Shown: one piece after another, positions 40,450-50,211 of the stretch
Numbering within the stretch: the stretch's first letter is position 1
Layout: each line of letters opens with the position of its first letter
Assembly (NCBI GenBank): GCA_000146465.1
Contig: CP001945.1
Direction: 5' to 3' (one strand)
Length of the DNA stretch: 64,000 nt
Translations under genes and position numbers: made by a program
The notes under the pieces: model-generated
The model's input: only the letters and a program-made list of their open reading frames with translations
Database searches by the model: none
Told to the model about the DNA's origin: nothing

Positions 40450-42252
40450 TCAAACATAGACTGTTGTGACAAACTGCTCCTCAGACTCTTTGCACACCTT
40501 TCTTTTCTTCCCTTCCACCCCCTTTCTGCAGTTTGGCTTCTTCTTATATGAGTAAACTGTATTATATACAGTCTTATGGCCTCCCTTGTTTTTTGTTTCT
40601 CTCTCCACAGTCTTTACTACTGTTTTTGTCACCGTCTTCACCAAGTCACTTGCCATTTCTAAGTGAGAGCTTTGCTTGGGAGTTTTTGTGCATTTTGTTT
40701 CTTCCAAATCCTCAATTAACACCTTTCTAACTAATGGAAGGAGCTCTGCTATTATGTCTTGCCTACCTGTGTTCATAAACCCTTGAGTATCCGATAATGA
40801 AGCAGCCACAGAGGAAAAGACCTCTTTCTTTTCCGAAGTCTCAGGAACACTGACGGTGAGACACTTTTCCGTACATATTAGAGAAATCGAGGCTGGCAAA
40901 GAGATACTGGCAGAAACCCCTTCTCCCTTTTGGGATCCAGGATTTTGGCTTGGGTCACTTCTAGAAGCTGTCTGTGTTGTAACTTCCTCTGTCTTTGTAA
41001 CCGTAAGGACGGAAACAGTTGGTTTAGTTATTGTTCTATATACCACACTAGGAAATTCAGAAGTACTTGGATCACTACTAGAGGAATCTATTGTTTTCGT
41101 ACTCTTCTGAGTCTCTTCATTCCTTTTCGATGTCTCACCAGAAATAATTGGAGCTCTCATGGATATACTTTCCTCCGGCACCTTCGGAATTTCCTGGCCA
41201 TGCGGAGCCTTTGTAGATATGATTGTGGAATACTGCGTCTGTACAACTGTCTCTGTCTTAACGCTACTCTCTGTCTTGGTTGAGGTTGAAATCTCCTTGA
41301 CAGTTGTTAGCTTGTAATTGATAATGGGAACTTCACTCTTGACTGTTGTTGTCACTTCTCTGTACAACGTAATGGGTTTTTCGACACTGACAGTCTTATA
41401 AAACACTCGGGTGACTGTCACAACAGTGGGCTCGCCCTTTTCCTTTTCATCATCTTCAAAACCTTTTTCTGCTTCGGAGACTTCATCTATTTTGTCATCG
41501 TCCAGTGAAGAGTCCTTGAGCTTGGAGCGCTTTACTGAAGAAGAAATAAGGGTAGAGCCCTCCCCTTCCTTTACAGGAGTCTTACGGATATTGTCGTCGT
41601 ATTTTCTTTGCTTCTCAGGTCTCTCAGAGCGTGTCAATTGAGAAACCTTTTCTGAAATCACTGGAATCTCCACCGTCTTGAAAATAGTTTTCGTATCCTC
41701 TTTTTTAGTTTCACAGGTTTTACCATCCTCGGTCACGTGGGTATCTTTCTTCTGCTCGTCCCTTGAGATTGTTGCCGGGTGCTCTGAGACCGTCTCCGTC
41801 TTTGTTTCAATTACTGTGATGCTTTTATAAGATACTAATGGTACCTCTTCGGTTTTGGTTGCCGGTGCAGAATTACTCTTATTTGTATCTTTGTGATGGA
41901 TCACATGAATGAAGGGAATCGGAGGTTCGGAATTCCTTCTATATGAATCCATTGGGCCGTTAGAAGGTCCTTCTCTCATCCATTCAAGCTCTTTGCACTC
42001 GTCTCTACAATCTTCCTTCCTACAGTTCATGCATTTATTCACATCTTTGTAGACAACAGCCATGCACCTTCCTTTGTTACAACTTGAATCGCGCACTATT
42101 GGCAAATTAAAGCTCTGAAGATATTCATCGTATTCCCGTTTGGGAAGATACACGGAGTTCAAGCAGTCGTTCAAACTTATTCCATATCTCTGGCATCTAC
42201 TCGTTAGCTCGTCCTGGATGGCATAGCATCCCATAATCATCAGAATTATCAT
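40450..42252 (-). CDS. Secreted cysteine-rich, Thr/Ser/Val/Lys/Glu-rich repetitive (mucin-like) protein; candidate spore-wall / polar-tube-type protein
   Basis: Hydrophobic signal-peptide-like N-terminus MIILMIMGCYAIQD. Eight Cys in residues 20-90. About 430 aa of low complexity (TVVTVTRV, KTVTKTVVKTVERETK). A basic C-terminal patch KKKPNCRKGVEGKKRKVCK. Confidence 0.5.
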   Translation of the reverse strand: MIILMIMGCYAIQDELTSRCQRYGISLNDCLNSVYLPKREYDEYLQSFNLPIVRDSSCNKGRCMAVVYKDVNKCMNCRKEDCRDECKELEWMREGPSNGPMDSYRRNSEPPIPFIHVIHHKDTNKSNSAPATKTEEVPLVSYKSITVIETKTETVSEHPATISRDEQKKDTHVTEDGKTCETKKEDTKTIFKTVEIPVISEKVSQLTRSERPEKQRKYDDNIRKTPVKEGEGSTLISSSVKRSKLKDSSLDDDKIDEVSEAEKGFEDDEKEKGEPTVVTVTRVFYKTVSVEKPITLYREVTTTVKSEVPIINYKLTTVKEISTSTKTESSVKTETVVQTQYSTIISTKAPHGQEIPKVPEESISMRAPIISGETSKRNEETQKSTKTIDSSSSDPSTSEFPSVVYRTITKPTVSVLTVTKTEEVTTQTASRSDPSQNPGSQKGEGVSASISLPASISLICTEKCLTVSVPETSEKKEVFSSVAASLSDTQGFMNTGRQDIIAELLPLVRKVLIEDLEETKCTKTPKQSSHLEMASDLVKTVTKTVVKTVERETKNKGGHKTVYNTVYSYKKKPNCRKGVEGKKRKVCKESEEQFVTTVYV

Positions 42253-42363
42253 TGCCGAATAGAATGTTTGTTTGTTCTCCCAGATGCTTGAAATATTTGT
42301 GAGGTAGGTTTCACATCTGCTTCAGGCGTTTTAATAAGGGTAGATGTGCTTGGCGCAATCATA

Positions 42364-42435
42364 GGCTCGGTGGTCTAAGGGTATGATCTCCGCTTTGGGT
42401 GCGGAGGGCTCCAGGTTCAAATCCTGGCCGAGCCC
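42364..42435 (+). tRNA. tRNA-Pro (anticodon TGG)
   Basis: GGCTCGGTGGTCTAAGGGTATGATCTCCGCTTTGGGTGCGGAGGGCTCCAGGTTCAAATCCTGGCCGAGCCC. A canonical 72-nt cloverleaf, near-identical in architecture to eukaryotic tRNA-Pro. Anticodon loop TTTGGGT. Confidence 0.85.
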
Positions 42436-42524
42436 TTTTACCATTCTGCATTGCAAAATACATTTTGGTAAACGATGAGTTTGGATTTCAAGTCTGCAAT
42501 AATCTTTCTTACATCTCAATCCCC

Positions 42525-43562
42525 ATGGAAGAATACACACTCTGCTCCTCAAGTACCGAGCAAGGCGAAATACCAGTCATTCACATCAAAAGATTCAAGG
42601 AGGCCCCTCCATTGTTTCCAAGAAACAAGTCTCAGCTGCAGTATATGTATCTCCCAAACAAGTCCCTATTTATCGGGCCAAACACCATTCCAAGGTCTAG
42701 TGATTATCAAGTAAATGTCCTTACAACCAAGCTTAAAAAGAGACTCAAGCATGATCTTTCTCATCCGTTTCTGTGTCTTTCGATGAATTCCGATAGATCA
42801 TTCTTTGAAGGGAGGTTTACCTTTGTCTCCACGGTCCAAATCCCAGAAAGTGTTGAAGAGATGTGTTTTGTCAAAGGTAAGGAGAGGATAGTTCATGTCA
42901 AAGAAAAAACAGATGTAAATACAGACGTGAGAAAAGAAATAAAATTCGACCACATAAAGGACAAACAGAACGATTCATACAAAGATGTCTGCCAGGACTT
43001 TTTGCTTGGAAAGTTACTTGAAGGCATTGGGGACAAAAAGATAAATATCATCATTAGAGACTCCACCATCAATAATATTCTGTCAAAAGAAGCATATATA
43101 CACTTTTATGTAAAGAAGAAGGATGAAAAACTGTACATTGTTTTTGACGAAGTTTACACTAGAGAAGTCAAGTATTACGACTATCTCTCGAAGTATGGGG
43201 AGGAGGTTGTTCGATCTCTGAAATCTTCGGAAACCCGTATGTATTCCAGTTCGGAAGCAGTGGTTGTTGTGTATTCATCAACTCTCTTCTACGATTCCTC
43301 TGGGCTTCATAGACTGTTTAGTGGAATTGACGTCGAAAAGTCCATCGACATGGTGGTAAATATTGAAGATGTAAGAGCTGTAAAAAGCTCAGGATCCTTA
43401 GGAGACGAGCTGAAGGTGCTTTTTGGAATTAAGTTTGAGGAGGGAGAATATGTCCTTAATGATAAGAAGATATATGTGTTGGAGCCAAGCGGGGAAAAGT
43501 TTAAATTCAATGGAGTTGTGTTTACTGATTTTATGGACTCCCAGGAGCCTATAAGCGATTAA
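42525..43562 (+). CDS. Hypothetical protein (346 aa from Met 42525)
   Basis: The long ORF 42399..43562 begins inside tRNA-Pro. The first plausible start is MEEYTLCS at 42525. No diagnostic motif. Confidence 0.4.
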   Translation: MEEYTLCSSSTEQGEIPVIHIKRFKEAPPLFPRNKSQLQYMYLPNKSLFIGPNTIPRSSDYQVNVLTTKLKKRLKHDLSHPFLCLSMNSDRSFFEGRFTFVSTVQIPESVEEMCFVKGKERIVHVKEKTDVNTDVRKEIKFDHIKDKQNDSYKDVCQDFLLGKLLEGIGDKKINIIIRDSTINNILSKEAYIHFYVKKKDEKLYIVFDEVYTREVKYYDYLSKYGEEVVRSLKSSETRMYSSSEAVVVVYSSTLFYDSSGLHRLFSGIDVEKSIDMVVNIEDVRAVKSSGSLGDELKVLFGIKFEEGEYVLNDKKIYVLEPSGEKFKFNGVVFTDFMDSQEPISD

Positions 43563-43589
43563 TTTGTTTGAGGTTTATTTATTGAGGAA

Positions 43590-43880
43590 ATGGAAAGCAA
43601 AGTAAAGGTGATTTCTTCGGACAACAAGGTGTTTGTTCTTGACTATGACGTCTCCATACAAAGTCAAACACTTCGAACATTTTTTAGCCGGCCAGAAATG
43701 TTCCTAGAATCTATCTCCAGGGAGGTTAAGCTTCCGGTCAAATCACGGCATCTGAAGAGGATTGTCGAGTTTCTGGAATTTAAGTATCTTTCAGACTCAG
43801 ATAAGGAACCTAAGGAGTTTAAAGTTAGTGACTCAGAAGCTTTGGAACTTCTGGATATTGCTGTATATCTCAAAATCTAG
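43590..43880 (+). CDS. ELC1: Elongin C (Skp1-like BTB-fold adaptor)
   Basis: VKVISSDNKVFVLDYDVSIQSQTLRTFFS…EALELLDIAVYLKI is colinear with Elongin C (MYVKLISSDGHEFIVKRE…ALELLMAANFLDC). Confidence 0.75.
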   Translation: MESKVKVISSDNKVFVLDYDVSIQSQTLRTFFSRPEMFLESISREVKLPVKSRHLKRIVEFLEFKYLSDSDKEPKEFKVSDSEALELLDIAVYLKI

Positions 43881-43932
43881 GGAAATCGAATAAACACTTT
43901 ATTTCTACATCAGAGACATAATAAACCTATGT

Positions 43933-44130
43933 CTAGACATTGTTACTCTCTTCTGAAAATTCGGTATTCTTTTGGTTGGAAAGGGAACTAAAGTCCTTGA
44001 ATTCTTTGGACTCCAATATAGCCTCTGTTAATTCGTTCTTTGATATTATGTTAGATACACCCATGGACTCCACTAACTTGTAGATCGACTCAGGGTGTTC
44101 GTCGAATCCAGGGAGCTCATTGTATTTCAT
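43933..44130 (-). CDS. Small ORF (65 aa), possibly UBA-like helical; doubtful
   Basis: Short acidic ORF immediately downstream of the GID-subunit gene. Only a weak UBA-like pattern (IYKLVESMGVSN…AIL). Confidence 0.2.
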   Translation of the reverse strand: MKYNELPGFDEHPESIYKLVESMGVSNIISKNELTEAILESKEFKDFSSLSNQKNTEFSEESNNV

Positions 44131-44166
44131 GGGGTAGTAAGGCTTTATGATTATCCGGGCCTTCCA

Positions 44167-45177
44167 CTAAATTCTAAGCCTCAAAATATTTTCATACTTG
44201 GACATCTCTGGACAGTAGGGGCATTTGAAGGAGTTCAAAACACCTTCCTGAGAAAGCACACTTGCAGCTTCTAAAGATATTACATGGCCACACTCAAGCA
44301 TCACAGGAATATTTCCATCGATGCAGAGTGTTTTTAGCACCGGGCATATGAAGAGAGAGTGGTAATTTCTTCCTTTCTCCATCTTTATCTCTATAGGAAG
44401 AGCTGGATCATCTTTATCGAAAAGCAAATTTCCAGAGCTGGAAAGCTGAAGAAAGGCAGAAGTTCCAGCTTCAAATAGCTCTTGGAGATAGCAACCGTTT
44501 GGCATCCCGCTCACTTCCAGATACTTCGATTTGAAGTTTTCTATAAGCCTTTCTCTACTTCTTTCCAGAGACTCCTGAATATTTCCAGGATTCACCAGAA
44601 ACTTAAGAAGCGGCTTGACGTCTTGGATATATGTTGGGACAAACGACTTTAGTTTCCCGAAGCATAGTTTAAGAGCTTCGTCGTATCTCCCTCCATTTAT
44701 TAGTAGTAGGAACTCATGGGACACAAGATAAAGTTCAAGCTCCTTGCTTGGATGGCTCTCAAGAAACTCCTCCAAAAGCCCTGTGGAATTTCCCAGCACT
44801 TCGGAAACAGTTCTTTTGAATCTGACATAATCATCTCTAACCTTCATCACCTCTTCTTTTCCGTCTTTTATTTCGGATATGAGCTTGTCAACAATATCAC
44901 CACAGTCGTTTTCAAGTAAGTAGTACACTATTAAGCAGGTTACTGTTTGCATGCTGTTTGGATACATCTGGTTTCCTACCTGTATGTCCGACTCTGTAGG
45001 TTTGGTGTCCGAGGGAAGTAAATTCTTCCAAAGCTTAACAAGACTAGCTTCTATGTTGGGAAGGTTGTTAATCTCCAGGTTGTTTTCTCGAGACAATGTG
45101 GCTTGTATCTCGCTTATAATATGGATGGACTTATCCCTAAGATGCTGATAGTCTATTCCATGTCTATCACCTATCAT
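44167..45177 (-). CDS. GID/CTLH E3 ligase RING subunit (Rmd5/Gid2 or MAEA/Fyv10-like)
   Basis: Degenerate RING-Gid FICPVLKTLCIDGNIPVMLECGHVISLEAASVLSQEGVLNSFKCPYCP, preceded by a CTLH/CRA-like helical region. Confidence 0.65.
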   Translation of the reverse strand: MIGDRHGIDYQHLRDKSIHIISEIQATLSRENNLEINNLPNIEASLVKLWKNLLPSDTKPTESDIQVGNQMYPNSMQTVTCLIVYYLLENDCGDIVDKLISEIKDGKEEVMKVRDDYVRFKRTVSEVLGNSTGLLEEFLESHPSKELELYLVSHEFLLLINGGRYDEALKLCFGKLKSFVPTYIQDVKPLLKFLVNPGNIQESLERSRERLIENFKSKYLEVSGMPNGCYLQELFEAGTSAFLQLSSSGNLLFDKDDPALPIEIKMEKGRNYHSLFICPVLKTLCIDGNIPVMLECGHVISLEAASVLSQEGVLNSFKCPYCPEMSKYENILRLRI

Positions 45178-45228
45178 AATGGGTTGATTAGGTCTATAAA
45201 ATATGGCTCATTCCCAGTCCATAAACAA

Positions 45229-45426
45229 ATGTCTCGAACCCACACTCTCGAAATTCCTAAGAATAATAGGAAAAGGCTAATCAACAGGTTGATAGAAGCC
45301 ATAGAGAGCCTTTCTTGTAATGAAATGGAGGAGCATGGTGACGTTATCCATATAAGTGGCTTCAAGCAAGATGAATGGAGTGAAACAAAGATGAAGTTCA
45401 TGAGGAAGTATGGGCACATGAAGTGA
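45229..45426 (+). CDS. Small hypothetical protein (66 aa)
   Basis: ORF 45103..45426 overlaps the divergent GID gene start. The first non-overlapping Met is at 45229 (MSRTHTLEIPKNNRKRL…). Basic, no motif. Confidence 0.25.
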   Translation: MSRTHTLEIPKNNRKRLINRLIEAIESLSCNEMEEHGDVIHISGFKQDEWSETKMKFMRKYGHMK

Positions 45427-45561
45427 CTCCAGACACATAGGGCCACAAAAGCTGAAAGAGAGGGGATGGGAAGGGAGGAGAGACCTTGGTTCTATTTATT
45501 AAGCCCTAAGGCTAATAAAAATCAAGAAAAAAAAACTTAACCCTTGAAATAAATATTCCGA

Positions 45562-46158
45562 ATGGACGTACCAGATATTTCTTGTGAGCATCAGGATACA
45601 TCGATTCCAAACAGTTCTGGAATAATTCCAACCCTCCAGAACGTTGTTGCAACGGTTAATCTGAACTGTAAGCTTGACTTAAAGAATATAGCTCTTCGAG
45701 CCAGAAATGCAGAGTACAACCCAAAGAGATTTGCTGCTGTGATAATGAGGATAAGAGAGCCAAAAACGACGGCGTTGATTTTTGCCTCTGGAAAAATGGT
45801 AATAACAGGAGCAAAAAGCGAGAAGAGCTCGAGGATGGCAGCCCAGAGATATGCAAAAATAATACACAAGCTTGGATTTAATGCGACGTTTGATGATTTT
45901 AAGATACAGAATATAGTTTCTTCCTGTGACATCAAATTCAGCATTAGATTGGAGGGTCTTGCATATGCCCACAGTAATTATTGTAGTTATGAGCCCGAGC
46001 TCTTTCCTGGGCTAATATACAGGATGGTCAAGCCCAAGATTGTTCTTCTGATATTTGTCTCTGGAAAGATTGTTCTTACCGGTGCCAAGGTAAGAGACGA
46101 CATTTACCGGGCATTCAACAACATATATCCTGTGCTTATACAACACAGAAAGACATAA
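45562..46158 (+). CDS. SPT15: TATA-box-binding protein (TBP)
   Basis: Two TBP repeats, nearly identical to consensus: [67 protein letters not shown]… and …[43 protein letters not shown]. Confidence 0.93.
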   Translation: MDVPDISCEHQDTSIPNSSGIIPTLQNVVATVNLNCKLDLKNIALRARNAEYNPKRFAAVIMRIREPKTTALIFASGKMVITGAKSEKSSRMAAQRYAKIIHKLGFNATFDDFKIQNIVSSCDIKFSIRLEGLAYAHSNYCSYEPELFPGLIYRMVKPKIVLLIFVSGKIVLTGAKVRDDIYRAFNNIYPVLIQHRKT

Positions 46159-46229
46159 TCCATTCAGCAATTCATGAAAAATAACGAACAAATAAATTCT
46201 TTATTGTTAATTGGTAAGGCTCTCTAAAG

Positions 46230-46625
46230 TCATGAATGGGTTCCTACTATTGTGAAGAAGGATCTTGCCTCTAGCTTTATTCCTTTGACTATAAAATCTC
46301 CTGTATATTCCTTGCTTCCATCAACATCTGTATTGAAGATCCCAAGTGTTCTTCCTTCAAAAGAGCTCATCACCCCTCCAACTGGCAACGTGAGAACCAC
46401 ATATTCTGAGGATGCTGTGACCTCCACGCTTCCGGTTTCACAAATTACGGTGCCCGAATGCTCAATGTCCTTGATAGCAAACGATAGAGGGATTCCGCCA
46501 AGTTTATGAGAGTATATCAATAGTTTTGATGCCATGCATTTTGATACAGCTTTCATAGGATTTTCAAGGAACTCTGGTCCTATTTCTACAGACATTTTTG
46601 CCTTGACAAGCTTGAACTTGACCAT
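46230..46625 (-). CDS. RNA polymerase Rpb7/Rpc25/Rpa43-family subunit (probably Pol III C25-like)
   Basis: MSVEIGPEFLENPMKAVSKCMASKLL is like the Rpb7 N-terminus. GIPLSFAIKDIE…GSVEVTASSEYVVLTLPVGGVMSS…LGIFNTDV is colinear with Rpc25 (NVGLCITIYDL…FRAVVFKPFLGEIVTG…LGIFDDIF). The start is taken at Met 46625 to avoid overlapping the next gene. Confidence 0.45.
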   Translation of the reverse strand: MVKFKLVKAKMSVEIGPEFLENPMKAVSKCMASKLLIYSHKLGGIPLSFAIKDIEHSGTVICETGSVEVTASSEYVVLTLPVGGVMSSFEGRTLGIFNTDVDGSKEYTGDFIVKGIKLEARSFFTIVGTHS

Positions 46626-46680
46626 TTGCTGAAGTAGGATTAAAATTTCTTGAGACAATTGTGGAAGGATAACCCCAGAA

Positions 46681-48738
46681 ATGAACCTCATTACCGGGTA
46701 CTTCAAACATACAAGGAAAGTTCAGGCAGTTGAGTATGGAGAGATATCCGAGGTATATATCTCGAGCTTGCTTGAGCATAATGGGCCTGAGGAATACCTT
46801 GTGAGCGATGGGAATGGAAGAATTCCTGTATTCAAATGCATTAGAAATGCTGACAAAGCTGAGTTTGATGGATATTTGAAGTATAAGCTCGGGAAGAAAA
46901 GCCGAAGATTCCGACTTGCTGAGGGGCAAGAGGGGGAAGTGTCTATACTGATAGATGGAAAGTACTCGTATATACTCATGGAGGAGTCCAGTGTTCCAAC
47001 AAAATATCTTATTTTTTCCGAAGGATCTCTAAAGGAAAGGGAAATTATCTTCTCTCCATCTACTGAGGATATTGAAGAAGAGATTGGAAAGTGTGATTCA
47101 AAAGCGCAGAACCAGGTGGTATTATGTTTTTTAAAGAGCGTAAAGGTCCAGTACCACTCACAGTTTTTATACTTCTATGTTTCTAATGTAGAGACGATAT
47201 ACGGACAGGTTCTAGTTTCTTGGATTGATGGCACAATGGTATTCCACACACTAACATCGCTGCTGTTTCTTAATTTCAACGAGCTTTTTTCAAGCTTCTC
47301 TCTACTTTCAACCGTGTATGGGATACCATATCTTCCACATACAAACTTCACGATCAGCTACAAATGGCAGAAGATCTACGAATCCAATCTGTATGAGTTT
47401 AGCTGGAATTATCCTTCTAAATTTCTCATGGAAGTCATAACTCTGATATTACTGGAAGAAAGGATAGTATTTTGTTCCAGAAAGGATTCTTCTTTGAGGG
47501 TGTTACAGATTATAGAGCTTATAAGGCCCTTCCGATGGCCTCACATAGTATGTCTACCTCTTCTTCCGGGGATGGAAGAAATTCTTGAAAGCCCTCTTCC
47601 TTTTATCACATGTCTGAACAAAAAGCCAAATACAGAAGATTTAGTTATCATAGATCTAGATGGTTTGAGGGTTTATCGGCCTAGGAAATGTGCCTTGCTT
47701 CCAAATAAAAAGACAAAAGTTGGAGCGCCGAAAGACCATCAGAAGGAAATAAGGGACTCCATAGAATTAATAGCAACAGAAATACTATTGTGGAGAGAGT
47801 ACCTGATAAAGAAATGGGGATCTAAAGTGATAACAAGAATACCAAACAATCCTTTGGAATTCATAGGAAAGGTTCATGGGTTTTATGCCGACTTCTTTAG
47901 GACTAGGATGTTTTTAGCTTTTATAACGGAGGAGCGCGATTATTTGTGTAGATACCTGATTGAAATAGGAGATGACTATTCGGTGATCCTTTTACCATAT
48001 GCACAATTAGATGGAAGCATGTATACAAAGGCTTTGCGTCTGTGGATAGAACTATTTGAAGGGGACATTGAACCTGTAATTGAGCATCTTATTCGAGATG
48101 AGCTTCTTTCAGATGTCGCAGATATGGTTTTCAGGCGGCTGAGCTATAGGGAAGACTACAGAAAGATAGACATGGTTCTATCACATATTCTATCTCCAAC
48201 CCATGAGATGTATATGAATATCAATATCGTTTCGAAGATGTCTAAGGTAGTTTTCAAGGATCTCTACTCTTACGATGTGTATCACCTGAGGGCTTGCGAT
48301 TGCAGGACTCTAGACCTCGGGAGACTTCGCTGTAGAGAAGATTCTGCATGGAGAAAGGAAGAGAAGGCAATGGAAAATGCTCGGAGGAAGGTGAGAGAAC
48401 TAATAGGAGGAATGAAACAGGATCTTTTTGACCCTCTGAAGGAAAGATGTGAATGCAAGTCCAAGAAATCTGTGGTGCTTGTTTCTGGTCCTGGATATGT
48501 ATTTCTTTGCTTTCTCCTTGTACCCGAGAATATAAGTCTTATGCTAAAGTATTATGGATCTGAAAACCTTTTTGAAAAGAATCCTCAGGTCTACTGGAGC
48601 ATTGTGATGTATTTTTTATATTTTAGTCTTCCATTAGGAGGCCACTCTCGACTCGATAAGGAAATTGATGTGATTATTGATGAACCTGTACTTCCCCTCC
48701 GTATTGATGGGAAACCCAGACTCTATCTTGATTTTTGA
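46681..48738 (+). CDS. DENN-domain protein (putative Rab GEF)
   Basis: Core DENN signature RIVFCSRKDSSLRVLQIIELIRPFRWPHIVCLPLLPGMEEILESPLPFITCL, with flanking uDENN/dDENN-like regions. Confidence 0.55.
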   Translation: MNLITGYFKHTRKVQAVEYGEISEVYISSLLEHNGPEEYLVSDGNGRIPVFKCIRNADKAEFDGYLKYKLGKKSRRFRLAEGQEGEVSILIDGKYSYILMEESSVPTKYLIFSEGSLKEREIIFSPSTEDIEEEIGKCDSKAQNQVVLCFLKSVKVQYHSQFLYFYVSNVETIYGQVLVSWIDGTMVFHTLTSLLFLNFNELFSSFSLLSTVYGIPYLPHTNFTISYKWQKIYESNLYEFSWNYPSKFLMEVITLILLEERIVFCSRKDSSLRVLQIIELIRPFRWPHIVCLPLLPGMEEILESPLPFITCLNKKPNTEDLVIIDLDGLRVYRPRKCALLPNKKTKVGAPKDHQKEIRDSIELIATEILLWREYLIKKWGSKVITRIPNNPLEFIGKVHGFYADFFRTRMFLAFITEERDYLCRYLIEIGDDYSVILLPYAQLDGSMYTKALRLWIELFEGDIEPVIEHLIRDELLSDVADMVFRRLSYREDYRKIDMVLSHILSPTHEMYMNINIVSKMSKVVFKDLYSYDVYHLRACDCRTLDLGRLRCREDSAWRKEEKAMENARRKVRELIGGMKQDLFDPLKERCECKSKKSVVLVSGPGYVFLCFLLVPENISLMLKYYGSENLFEKNPQVYWSIVMYFLYFSLPLGGHSRLDKEIDVIIDEPVLPLRIDGKPRLYLDF

Positions 48739-48792
48739 CTCAGGATACCTAACCAATGTGGTATAACTGTCTAGGCCTTCTATCTTATTGCG

Positions 48793-50037
48793 TTAGAAGA
48801 TCTCAGAACGAGCCTGTCCCTCGTAGTCAGAGTCTAGTCTCTCTCTTTTCATGTAAGTATATATTGGAACAGTCAGACCGTGTATCACTACGCTCAGAAA
48901 CACTGTGCAGCTTACAAAATCTATCGTAAGAGTCTCTTGGATTTTGTCTGTAAGAAGTGCATAGTACAGCGCTCCAACTCCTACAGGCCCAAACCATCCA
49001 ACAAACAGAGCTTCTCTCCGAGACCTCAGCTCTGGAATTTGGCGATAGATTAGGTAGCATATGATAGGCCTCCTGACAAAGAGAATGACAAGTGAAACAA
49101 TTACATTCGACAGCGTAAATCTTCGAAAATCTATTCTTGAACCGAAAAATAAGAAGAACGAAGTGCTAAGGACGGTGTCCGTTATTTCTTGGAGATTTGA
49201 GTTCTTAGTCTCTAATACAAACCATTCATCAAAGGAAAACATTATTCCCGCGAAGAATATGCATATAAGTTCACTTCCACCGATGAACTCCATAAGTGCT
49301 ATTGAAAACACAGTAAGAATCACACTGTGGGCAAGAAAGGATTCCACACCCACCAGTCTCTTTGTATAGCAGTACTTCAAGCTCTGTCTTGAAAGAATTC
49401 CGGCAGAAAGTCCTATCAAAGCGGATAAAAAGACTCTAATAAGCAAGTTGTTGACAACAAATGGGTAAATCCCCTTCTCAGGTCCGAGACTAAGCAAGTC
49501 AAGTCCAAGGAAGAGAAGGAAAATTCCCATCCCATCGTTTATTCCACTCTCTGCTGCAAGGAGCAATCTTATTCTTTCGGGAACCATTTTCATTGCAAGT
49601 TTCCCATGTATTATACTGGAGCTGAGAATGGGATCTGTAGGGGTCAGAGAAGAAGCCAACGACCATGATATTGGCATGTTGTAATTGGTGAAAAGGTATA
49701 CCAACCCAAAGGAAAACGAGCATTTGATTATGCCTACTACGCCAACAAGAACAAATATCGACTGCCATTTCTCAAGTATGTAGTTTTTTGGAAGAGACAT
49801 CGCAACAGTCATTGTCTGGATACAAAGAACCATTCTTGAAAAGTTGTACATTATAACCTTCGAATAAACGTAGTTTGTATTGAAGACATTCAATGCATGG
49901 TGTCCGAGGATTATCCCTACTAATACCGAAATCAATGACTCTGATAGAAGCAGGTTGTTCTTAACATGCTTTGAGACTAGTCCAAAGAGAAGAACAAACG
50001 ACGAGGAAGCAAGCAGCAATACGAAGATATCATCCAT
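48793..50037 (-). CDS. Na+/H+ exchanger (CPA1) family membrane transporter
   Basis: 414-aa polytopic protein. AAESGINDGMGIFLLFLGL resembles the NHE/NhaP …ESLLNDG… transport motif. Confidence 0.55.
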   Translation of the reverse strand: MDDIFVLLLASSSFVLLFGLVSKHVKNNLLLSESLISVLVGIILGHHALNVFNTNYVYSKVIMYNFSRMVLCIQTMTVAMSLPKNYILEKWQSIFVLVGVVGIIKCSFSFGLVYLFTNYNMPISWSLASSLTPTDPILSSSIIHGKLAMKMVPERIRLLLAAESGINDGMGIFLLFLGLDLLSLGPEKGIYPFVVNNLLIRVFLSALIGLSAGILSRQSLKYCYTKRLVGVESFLAHSVILTVFSIALMEFIGGSELICIFFAGIMFSFDEWFVLETKNSNLQEITDTVLSTSFFLFFGSRIDFRRFTLSNVIVSLVILFVRRPIICYLIYRQIPELRSRREALFVGWFGPVGVGALYYALLTDKIQETLTIDFVSCTVFLSVVIHGLTVPIYTYMKRERLDSDYEGQARSEIF

Positions 50038-50211
50038 CTGTTCTAAATCTCTAGCTTATTATGGTTGCCGTGGCTTTTGTAGAATGCTGTTTTAATCTGA
50101 AACAGGTTCGAAGATATCTTCTATCAGCTTTGAAGATCAGGTTTTAGTAGTAAAGATTTATTCAAGAAATGGAAATTAGGCATGTTGATTTAACGAGATA
50201 AGAGACTGACT

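Noticed and set aside
42399-42524. Start of ORF 42399..43562 (MRRAPGSNPGRALL…), and the antisense ORF 42331..42552
   Set aside because: Both lie over tRNA-Pro (42364..42435). They are translation of tRNA sequence. The protein most likely begins at Met 42525
43933-44130. 65-aa ORF downstream of the GID RING subunit as a C-terminal extension of that gene
   Set aside because: It is separated by an in-frame stop and a 36-bp gap. The RING-Gid domain already ends with the canonical …KCPYCP tail. It is kept only as a low-confidence independent small ORF
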